DNA from: an uncultured Rhodobacterales bacterium
Lineage (GTDB): Bacteria; Pseudomonadota; Alphaproteobacteria; Rhodobacterales; Rhodobacteraceae
DNA length: 43,324 nt
Assembly: GCA_964473055.1 (NCBI GenBank)
Contig: CAYYOE010000001.1
Location: 1-43,324, forward strand
Direction of reading: 5' to 3'
Shown here: in pieces, positions 35,959 to 42,405 of the stretch
Position numbering within the stretch: position 1 is the stretch's first letter
Layout of the letters: each line of letters begins with the position of its first letter
Program-made: the position numbers and the translations under genes
The notes under the pieces: model-generated
What the model saw: only the letters and a program-made list of their open reading frames with translations
Database searches by the model: none
What the model was told of the DNA's origin: nothing

Positions 35959-37023
35959 TCAGCCGGGGCGCAGGCTTGCGGCGATAAGTGCTGCGCGTGT
36001 GGGCTGGCCGGTCTTCGACAGGATCGCTGAAACCTGATTGCGGACGGTCTTTTCGCTCTTGCCGATCTGCCTGGCAATCGACCGGTTGTCCTGCCCCAGC
36101 AGCAGCAGCGCCAGCACCTTCCGCTCGGCGGGGGTCAGGTCGTCGAACCCCTCGTGCACAGGCGTGGCTGCGGCATGGGAGTCGTCCGCCAGAAAGTGGC
36201 CAAGTTCATTCAGGAAGATCGGCCACGCGGGTTCCGAGGCCAGAAGCGCGTGATTGGCGCTGTCCAGCGGCAGGAAGCGCGCGCCGGGGATCAGAGCGGC
36301 CAAGAGCCGCCCCTCGTCGAAGGGCACACGGGCATCGCCGCGGGCGTGCATCACCAGCACCGGCAGATCGAGGCCGCGAGCCAGTTCCGTCACGTCGATC
36401 CGGTAGAGCGCGGACAGGATCGCCGCGGCGGTCTCGGGGCTGGCGGTGCGGCGTTCGAGATCGGTCCACCAGCGGTGCTGCTCGGGCGTGCCGCCGGGGA
36501 TGAACTGGTTGGTAAAGACCTGCCGGAAGGCCGGGTTGTCACGGCCCCAGCCCAGCCGGACCAGCGCCAGCAAGGCCTCGGCCTCCTGCTGATGGCCCTG
36601 GCCGGCCGGACGCATCAATGCCCCCCTTGCATAGGCGCCGATCAACACCAGCCGCGAGACCCGCCCCGGGTGGCGATGCGCAAAGGCAATGGCGATTGCG
36701 CCGCCCTGCGACATGCCGACCAGGGGGAAGGGGTCCCGCAGGTCCCGTGTCACCGCTTCAAGATCGGCGACCATCGCGTCCAGCGAGAAATCCGTCGCGT
36801 CCCGGTCTGACAGGCCGCAACCGCGCAGGTCGTAGCGCAGGTAGCAACGGGCGCGCGACAGTGCAGCCAGCCAGGGCCGCCAGACCGGGCTTTCGGCGTC
36901 ATACTCGACATGGCTCAGCCAGTGCGCCGCCCGCACCAGCGTCGGCCCGCGCCCGACCGAGGCGGTGGCGATCCGCGTGCCGTCCGCCGACGTCACGAAA
37001 CCGATGCTCTGGCCAAGCGCCAC
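35959..37023 (-). CDS. Alpha/beta-hydrolase domain fused to a C-terminal LuxR/GerE-type HTH (one-component regulator)
   Basis: The hydrolase part has IGFVTSADGTRIATASVGRGPTLVRAAHWLSHVE, the nucleophile elbow GMSQGG, HARGDARVP and SANHALL. The C-terminus LTPAERKVLALLLLGQDNRSIARQIGKSEKTVRNQVSAILSKTG is a LuxR HTH. I infer a GTG start at 37023 with a GGAGAAGG Shine-Dalgarno 6 nt upstream. The longer ORF to 37263 would overlap nrsF. Confidence 0.85.
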   Translation of the reverse strand: MALGQSIGFVTSADGTRIATASVGRGPTLVRAAHWLSHVEYDAESPVWRPWLAALSRARCYLRYDLRGCGLSDRDATDFSLDAMVADLEAVTRDLRDPFPLVGMSQGGAIAIAFAHRHPGRVSRLVLIGAYARGALMRPAGQGHQQEAEALLALVRLGWGRDNPAFRQVFTNQFIPGGTPEQHRWWTDLERRTASPETAAAILSALYRIDVTELARGLDLPVLVMHARGDARVPFDEGRLLAALIPGARFLPLDSANHALLASEPAWPIFLNELGHFLADDSHAAATPVHEGFDDLTPAERKVLALLLLGQDNRSIARQIGKSEKTVRNQVSAILSKTGQPTRAALIAASLRPG

Positions 37024-37145
37024 CTGTCGCCTTCTCCACCCGAGAACCCTAAGGACAAGCCTGCACGATCCTACCCTGCAATCGCGAATGCAGCCATCGC
37101 CGCGCGGAGATTCCTGGAACCGGAGGGTGGCCTGGGCAAACCCGC

Positions 37146-37165
37146 CCATCCGGAGGACCGGATGG
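37146..37165 (-). terminator. Candidate terminator after nrsF (CCATCCGG-TCCT-CCGGATGG then GCGGGTTTGCC on the minus strand)
   Basis: An 8-bp perfect stem about 20 nt downstream of the nrsF stop. It has only a short T run, so it is weak. Confidence 0.35.
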
Positions 37166-37183
37166 TGTTTGACAGGCGGCGGA

Positions 37184-37825
37184 CTACCACCGCAACAGGC
37201 GCCCTCCGGCCAGCGCGCCGATCCCGGCGGCAAGAACGATGCCGGTGGAATACCAGACCGCATAGAACAGCGGTGTGTCTTCGGTGCAGTAGAGCGAATA
37301 GACCGCCGCCGCGATTCCGCCAGCTGCCAGGCCCGCCAGCGCCCCGCAGACCTGTGGGTTTACCGGGGCCCACTTGCGCAGCGCAGCCAGCAGCGCCGCT
37401 GTCATTGGCAGCGACAGGGCCACGATGGCCGGCAGGCAGTAGGACAGCGACTTGCCGACAAAGGCCATCTGGCGGCCCTTGTCGGGAGGAACAACCATCG
37501 CCCACAGGAACAGCAGGGCGGCGATGGCGGGCACGACCCACACGGCACGCGCGGCGATGCCGGGCCGTGCGGCGGGGCGGGCAGCCGTCAGCGCCAGCGG
37601 CAGCGCCAGAAGGCCAAGGCCCAGCGGCAATACCGTCTTGGCCAGGACAACGGGCTGCGCCATGGCAGACCACAGACTGGCTCGCGGGCCGAACACGACC
37701 GTGAACAGCAACAGCGTGACCGCCCCGCCCGCGGCCAGCGCAAGCCCGGTGTAGCGGAGATGTTCGCCTCCACGCACCGGCCCGGCCTCGGCCACCAGTC
37801 GGTCGATCAGATCGTCGGTCCTCAT
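37184..37825 (-). CDS. nrsF: NrsF-family (DUF1109) membrane anti-sigma factor, negative regulator of sigma-F
   Basis: MRTDDLIDRLVAEAGPV is the typical DUF1109 N-terminus. It is followed by six hydrophobic segments and the conserved C-terminal LYCTEDTPLFYAVWY motif (family pattern C.DD.P.F...WY). ATGA overlaps the sigma gene stop. Confidence 0.88.
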   Translation of the reverse strand: MRTDDLIDRLVAEAGPVRGGEHLRYTGLALAAGGAVTLLLFTVVFGPRASLWSAMAQPVVLAKTVLPLGLGLLALPLALTAARPAARPGIAARAVWVVPAIAALLFLWAMVVPPDKGRQMAFVGKSLSYCLPAIVALSLPMTAALLAALRKWAPVNPQVCGALAGLAAGGIAAAVYSLYCTEDTPLFYAVWYSTGIVLAAGIGALAGGRLLRW

Positions 37826-38373
37826 CCGCGTCTCCCGTCGGTCTGGCCCATCCGGGACCGCAGGCGGGCCAGCGCCCGGTGCAATGCCACCCGCACAGCC
37901 CCCTCGGTCATGCCCATCCGGGCGCCAACCTCGCCTGCGGTGTCGCCCTCAAGGGCAACCGCCCGCACGATTCCCGCCGACCGCGTATCAAGATCGCCCA
38001 GCAACCGGTCGATGTCGCGAGTGGCCGTCGCGTCTGCGTCCGGGTCAGAGGCGAGCACCTCGGACAGGTCGGCGATGTCCACGGTGGGCCGGCCCCGCCT
38101 GCGCCAGCCATCGACGGCCTTGTAGCGGGCAATGGCGTAGACCCAGGGCGTGACGGGTTCGCCGTCGCGCCAGGTATGTCGCTTTGCGTGAATCGCCATC
38201 AGCACGTCCTGCACCATGTCCTCGACTTCGGCTGTCGCCCCGGGGACGCCACGCGCGCCCACGATCCTTCGGATGACCGGCGACGCTTCACTCAGGAAAG
38301 CGGCATAGGCGGCGCGATCGCCACCGATTGCCCGGCGGAACAGGTCGGCCCAGCGCGTCTCGCGTTCGGTCAT
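37822..38373 (-). CDS. sigF: ECF-type RNA polymerase sigma factor (sigma-F group)
   Basis: Region 2 (VQDVLMAIHAKRHTWRDGEPVTPWVYAIARYKAVDGWRR) and region 4 (EVGARMGMTEGAVRVALHRALARLR) are both present. I prefer the start at MTERETRW (38373), because the predicted -10 element overlaps the upstream ATG at 38385. Confidence 0.9.
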   Translation of the reverse strand: MTERETRWADLFRRAIGGDRAAYAAFLSEASPVIRRIVGARGVPGATAEVEDMVQDVLMAIHAKRHTWRDGEPVTPWVYAIARYKAVDGWRRRGRPTVDIADLSEVLASDPDADATATRDIDRLLGDLDTRSAGIVRAVALEGDTAGEVGARMGMTEGAVRVALHRALARLRSRMGQTDGRRG

Positions 38374-38384
38374 ACGTGGTTCCA

Positions 38385-38410
38385 TTCGTTCCTCACGGTC
38401 GGAATGTTAC
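38385..38410 (-). promoter_or_regulatory. Candidate sigma-F-type promoter for sigF-nrsF: GTAACA-N16-CGAA
   Basis: The minus strand reads tGTAACA TTCCGACCGTGAGGAA CGAA tgg. This is the same -35/-10 words and the same 16-nt spacer as the site on the other strand 47 bp away. It matches the Caulobacter sigma-F consensus GTAACC-N16-CGAA as I recall it. Confidence 0.6.
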
Positions 38411-38456
38411 AGACTGGCGCGGTTTTCGCATTGGGCTTCACCCTTTCGTGACCCGG

Positions 38457-38482
38457 GTAACAAAGCGGACGCAGGCCGCGAA
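38457..38482 (+). promoter_or_regulatory. Candidate sigma-F-type promoter for the DUF2282-DUF692-DUF2063-DoxX operon: GTAACA-N16-CGAA
   Basis: The plus strand reads gGTAACA AAGCGGACGCAGGCCG CGAA ctg, about 69 nt upstream of the precursor gene ATG (38551). Confidence 0.6.
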
Positions 38483-38550
38483 CTGCTGAATGCGGGCTTC
38501 GACCGGATGCCCGTCCGATGACACACCGACCATGACAGAGGAAGACACCC

Positions 38551-38853
38551 ATGTCCCAGATGAAGTCCCTTGCGCTGATGGGCGCCGTTGCCGCCGCCTT
38601 CGCTACCCATGCCGCTGCCCCGGCCCAGGCCCAGGCCACCGAGAAGTGCTTTGGCGTGTCGCTTGCGGGCGAGAACGACTGCGCCGCCGGCCCCGGCACG
38701 ACCTGCGGCGGCACCTCGACGGTCGACTATCAGGGCAACGCCTGGACGCTGGTGCCGGCCGGCACCTGCACCACGATTGAACTGCCGGCCATGGCCGACG
38801 GCACGGCGCGGCAGGGCTCGCTGGAAGAGCTCGACCGCGACCTGCCGGCATAA
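38551..38853 (+). CDS. bufA: DUF2282-family secreted Cys-containing precursor peptide (BufA/GigA-like)
   Basis: [27 protein letters not shown] is a Sec signal peptide, then [48 protein letters not shown]. This is the EKC(Y/F)G...G.NDCA...C.G......W..VP.GTC pattern of DUF2282. A GAGGAAG Shine-Dalgarno is present. Confidence 0.88.
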   Translation: MSQMKSLALMGAVAAAFATHAAAPAQAQATEKCFGVSLAGENDCAAGPGTTCGGTSTVDYQGNAWTLVPAGTCTTIELPAMADGTARQGSLEELDRDLPA

Positions 38854-38910
38854 GGCACGGTCCTGCGGGGCGGGCGGATGCGCCCGCCCCGACATCCACG
38901 GAGGTCTGCC

Positions 38911-39780
38911 ATGCGCGACACATCCCCCCCCACGGCCCTGCCTCGCCTGCCCGGCGTCGGCTACAAGGCCCGCCACTTCGAGGCCCTGATGGCCGATCCC
39001 GGCCCGGTGGCCTGGGTCGAGATCCATGCCGAGAACTACATGGGCGCGGGTGGCCGTCCGCTGGCGCAATTGCACGCCCTGGCCGAACGATTCCCGGTTT
39101 CGGTCCATGGCGTGGGCCTGTCCATCGGCGGCGAGGGGCGGCTCGACCCCGACCATCTGGCACGGCTGCGCCACCTCCTGGACTGGCTGCAACCGGCGAG
39201 CTTTTCCGAACACCTGGCCTGGTCCACCCACGACGGGGCCTTCCTGAACGATCTTCTGCCCCTGCCCTACACGGCGGACACGCTGGCGCGGGTCTGCACC
39301 CATATCGACGAGGTGCAGGACCGGTTGGGGCGGCGGATGCTGCTGGAGAACCCGTCATCCTATCTGGCCTTCTCGGAGAGCGAGATGGCCGAGACCGAGT
39401 TCCTGGATGCGGTCGTGCGGCGGACCGGCTGTGGCCTTCTGCTGGACGTCAACAACGTTTTCGTGTCCGCGACGAACCTGTCGGTCGATGCGCGCGCCTA
39501 CCTTGCCGACTTTCCGATGGCCGCCGTGGGCGAGGTGCATCTGGGCGGGCACGATGCGCAGGACGATGGCGAGGGCGCGCCCCTTCTGATCGACAACCAC
39601 GGCGCGCCGGTGGCCGACCCGGTCTGGACGCTCTACGCCGAGGCGATGGCGGCCGCGGGCCCCCTGCCCACGCTGATCGAATGGGACACCGATGTGCCCG
39701 ACTGGCCAGTGCTGCGGGAAGAGGCCGCACGGGCCGGGGCGATCCTGAGCGCGATCCCGGAGGCCGCGGCATGGGCGTGA
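38911..39780 (+). CDS. bufB: DUF692 family multinuclear non-haem iron oxidase (MNIO, MbnB-like; BufB/GigB-like)
   Basis: [36 protein letters not shown]...[14 protein letters not shown]...FSEHLAWS...LLENPSSY...[14 protein letters not shown]...GEVHLGGH...TLIEWD is the TIM-barrel DUF692 signature. The start was trimmed to 38911, with GGAGG 6 nt upstream. Confidence 0.92.
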   Translation: MRDTSPPTALPRLPGVGYKARHFEALMADPGPVAWVEIHAENYMGAGGRPLAQLHALAERFPVSVHGVGLSIGGEGRLDPDHLARLRHLLDWLQPASFSEHLAWSTHDGAFLNDLLPLPYTADTLARVCTHIDEVQDRLGRRMLLENPSSYLAFSESEMAETEFLDAVVRRTGCGLLLDVNNVFVSATNLSVDARAYLADFPMAAVGEVHLGGHDAQDDGEGAPLLIDNHGAPVADPVWTLYAEAMAAAGPLPTLIEWDTDVPDWPVLREEAARAGAILSAIPEAAAWA

Positions 39781-40529
39781 CACAGGGCAGCTTTCGCGCC
39801 GGTCTGATGGACCCCGGGCGCCCGGTGCCCCCCGGCCTCGTGCGCCCGGGTGGCGCGGGCGCTGGGCGGCGGTTCGACGTCTACCGCAACAACGTGGCCG
39901 TCGGCCTGACCGAGGCGCTGGAGACAGGCTTTCCTGCCGTGCGCGGCCTTGTGGGCGAAGAGTTCTTCCGTGCCATGGCGGGTGTCTTCCTGCGCACCCA
40001 TCCACCGGAAACTCCGGTGCTGATGCTGTGGGGCGCGCGACTGCCGGATTTCCTGGCCGGGTTCGCGCCGGCGCAGGGGCTGCCCTATCTGCCAGATGTG
40101 GCGCGCCTGGAAGTGGCCCTGCGCGACAGCTACCACGCCGCCGATGCCGCCCCGGCGGATCCGGCGCGCCTTGCCGACCTGACGCCGGACGACCTGGCGC
40201 GGACGCGATTCCGGCTGGCACCATCGGTACGTCTGGTGCGGTCGCGTTGGCCGGTGCTGGATCTGTGGCGCGCGGGCCTGGGCGGAACTGCGTCGGCCAG
40301 TGACGCGGGCCAGAACGTCCTTGTGACGCGACCCGCCTATGACCCGGCACCTGAATCCCTGGCGCCGGGCGGCGGGCTGTTCCTTGCGCAGTTGATCGCG
40401 GGCGCAACGCTGGGCGTTGCCGCGGAAGCGGCCGCCAGGGCCGTGCCGGCATTCGACCCCGCCCCCATCTTGTCGCGCCTGCTGTCCAGCGGGGCGATCG
40501 TCGATATCGAGACAGGAGACCCCACATGA
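39771..40529 (+). CDS. bufC: DUF2063 family protein (MNIO partner, BufC/GigC-like)
   Basis: [46 protein letters not shown] is the typical DUF2063 N-terminal domain. Its start overlaps the DUF692 gene end by 10 nt. Confidence 0.88.
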   Translation: MGVTQGSFRAGLMDPGRPVPPGLVRPGGAGAGRRFDVYRNNVAVGLTEALETGFPAVRGLVGEEFFRAMAGVFLRTHPPETPVLMLWGARLPDFLAGFAPAQGLPYLPDVARLEVALRDSYHAADAAPADPARLADLTPDDLARTRFRLAPSVRLVRSRWPVLDLWRAGLGGTASASDAGQNVLVTRPAYDPAPESLAPGGGLFLAQLIAGATLGVAAEAAARAVPAFDPAPILSRLLSSGAIVDIETGDPT

Positions 40530-41083
40530 TTGCCCTCATCCGGTTGCAGGAACGGCTTTTCGCGCCGCTCGACCGCCACGCCGTCGCGATCCTGCCCACC
40601 GCCGCGCGCCTTGCCTTTGCGGCGGTGCTGTTCGTGTACTTCTGGGCCGCCGGCATGACGAAGGTCGGCACCGGTATCAGCGGGCTCTGGACACCGGCAC
40701 TTGGCGCCTATGCACAGATCTTTCCCCGCGCGCTGGAAGCGGCGGGCTACGACGTGTCGCAGCTTGGGTTGTGGCACCGGCTGGTCGTGCTGGCGGGCAC
40801 ATGGGCCGAGTTTATCCTGCCGGTCCTTCTGGTGCTGGGGCTGTTCACCCGGCTGGCGGCGCTGGGCATGATCGGCTTCATCGTGGTGATGAGCCTGACC
40901 GACATCGTGGGCCACGGGGTGGCGGGGGCGACCCTGGGCGCGTGGTTCGACCGTGATTCGGCCTCGCTGATCCTGGACCAGCGCACCTTGTGGGTCGTGC
41001 TGCTGGCCGTGCCGCTGGTGATGGGCGGCGGCCCCTTGTCGGTGGACCGGGTGCTGGATCGCGCGTCATCGCGTGCCGCCTGA
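40526..41083 (+). CDS. bufD: DoxX-family membrane protein (BufD/GigD-like)
   Basis: A 185-aa protein with four hydrophobic helices and a DoxX-like pattern (AEFILPVLLVLGLFTRLAALGMIGFIVV). ATGA overlaps the upstream stop. Confidence 0.85.
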   Translation: MIALIRLQERLFAPLDRHAVAILPTAARLAFAAVLFVYFWAAGMTKVGTGISGLWTPALGAYAQIFPRALEAAGYDVSQLGLWHRLVVLAGTWAEFILPVLLVLGLFTRLAALGMIGFIVVMSLTDIVGHGVAGATLGAWFDRDSASLILDQRTLWVVLLAVPLVMGGGPLSVDRVLDRASSRAA

Positions 41084-41285
41084 GGCGGCAGTTCCCGGCC
41101 GGACATGCCCTGTCATGCGAGTTTTACTTGCGATTCGGCCGCGATATGAGACGATTTCTCCACTGACAGCGACTTTCTGCCACGACCGCCTTCCCGCACC
41201 GGGGGGCAGCCGGACCTGAAAGATATCGGCTGCGACCTGACCCGCCGCAATCCCGCAGGCGGGACAACGTGAGGAGACTGGCGGA

Positions 41286-41492
41286 ATGCCGACAGGAACC
41301 GTGAAGTGGTTCAATTCCACCAAGGGTTATGGCTTCATCGCGCCCGACGGCGGCGGTCAGGATGTGTTCGTGCATATCTCGGCAGTCGAACGTGCGGGCC
41401 TGCGCGGACTGCAGGACAACCAGAAGATCGGGTATGACTTGCAGGCCGGTCGTGACGGTCGGGAATCGGCAAGCGATCTGAAACTGCTCTGA
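41286..41492 (+). CDS. Cold-shock protein (CspA family)
   Basis: MPTGTVKWFNSTKGYGFIAPDGGGQDVFVHISAV carries the RNP1 (KGYGFI) and RNP2 (VFVHI) motifs. A GAGGAG Shine-Dalgarno is present, and a long (about 200 nt) upstream non-coding region is typical of csp genes. Confidence 0.95.
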   Translation: MPTGTVKWFNSTKGYGFIAPDGGGQDVFVHISAVERAGLRGLQDNQKIGYDLQAGRDGRESASDLKLL

Positions 41493-41498
41493 CTCCGG

Positions 41499-41834
41499 CT
41501 AGCCCGCATCGGTCAGATCTGGGGGTTCGCCCCGCATCTCCCAGGCACTGCCCATCGCGACGATACAGCTTGTGCCGCTGGCATAGGTGACGATCATCGT
41601 CCAGTCACCCGTGGCAGGCTCTGTCCAGACCTCCAGCACGCTGTCGGCATCACGAATCCCGACGGCCGTGCGCTGGGCCCGGAACTGCATGGCCAGACGG
41701 TGTTCCAGGGCCGACCTTGGGGAACACAGCATCTCGGCAATCGGCGAGCGGGCTGAAGCCGGGGACGGCGCGCCCAGAACAAGCCCGGAAACAAGGAACA
41801 CCAAAGGCAGCCTTGCCATGACGCTGGCCGCCAT
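41499..41834 (-). CDS. Hypothetical exported protein
   Basis: MAASVMARLPLVFLVSGLVLGAPSPASA is a signal peptide. The mature part is about 83 aa and has two Cys. A GGAAGGG Shine-Dalgarno precedes ATG 41834. I recognise no family. Confidence 0.5.
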   Translation of the reverse strand: MAASVMARLPLVFLVSGLVLGAPSPASARSPIAEMLCSPRSALEHRLAMQFRAQRTAVGIRDADSVLEVWTEPATGDWTMIVTYASGTSCIVAMGSAWEMRGEPPDLTDAG

Positions 41835-42068
41835 CGTTGCCCTTCCGGGGACGGGAAGTCGGATCATCGGCACTGTGATTCGGCCTTCCGCTGTCGTGCT
41901 GCACAGGAACGTAACACCCCGATGACAGATCGGGGATATCATTTCCTTATCGCGTCCCGTGCCCGGCCGCGCCAACAGAACCTCGTCCCATCCCTGTCAG
42001 GCTGTTGCCGCATTCGTCGACCATCCTCCCGCTGCAACAGTATTCGGCCCATGACGGAAAGGAGTGGC

Positions 42069-42383
42069 ATGATGTCCTTGCGAGAGACCCATTTCCGGAC
42101 GGCCCCGCCCGACACGTCCACAGGCGCGTCAACATCCGTCACGGTCGACCTGATGGCGCTCGGGTCCGCAGACATCGCCCTTCTGGCCGTTGCCGGCTGC
42201 GTCATCGTCGGCGGGATCGGCTGGGTATTCGTGGCCCGTCGCGCGAACGACGGACCACGGCAGGACACCGGGGTGGAGTTCGGGATCGGCCTGCACACCC
42301 CCGGCTGGGCGGCGGGCACAACGGGGTTCGCAGGGGGCGGGGACGCGGGCGGCGACGGCGGAGGAGACGGCGGAGGAGACTGA
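42069..42383 (+). CDS. Hypothetical single-pass membrane protein with a Gly/Asp-rich C-terminal tail
   Basis: A GAAAGGAG Shine-Dalgarno lies 4 to 5 nt before ATG 42069. It has high GC3, one TM helix (IALLAVAGCVIVGGIGWVFVA followed by RR) and the tail GFAGGGDAGGDGGGDGGGD, encoded by a direct DNA repeat gacggcggaggagac x2. Confidence 0.5.
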   Translation: MMSLRETHFRTAPPDTSTGASTSVTVDLMALGSADIALLAVAGCVIVGGIGWVFVARRANDGPRQDTGVEFGIGLHTPGWAAGTTGFAGGGDAGGDGGGDGGGD

Positions 42384-42405
42384 CGCCGTGCCTCGACCGG
42401 CGCGC

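Noticed and set aside
38407-39358. Minus-strand ORFs of 298 and 251 aa opposite the DUF2282/DUF692 genes
   Set aside because: Shadow ORFs rich in R, G, P and A. The plus-strand genes have family-specific motifs, Shine-Dalgarno sequences and coupled starts.
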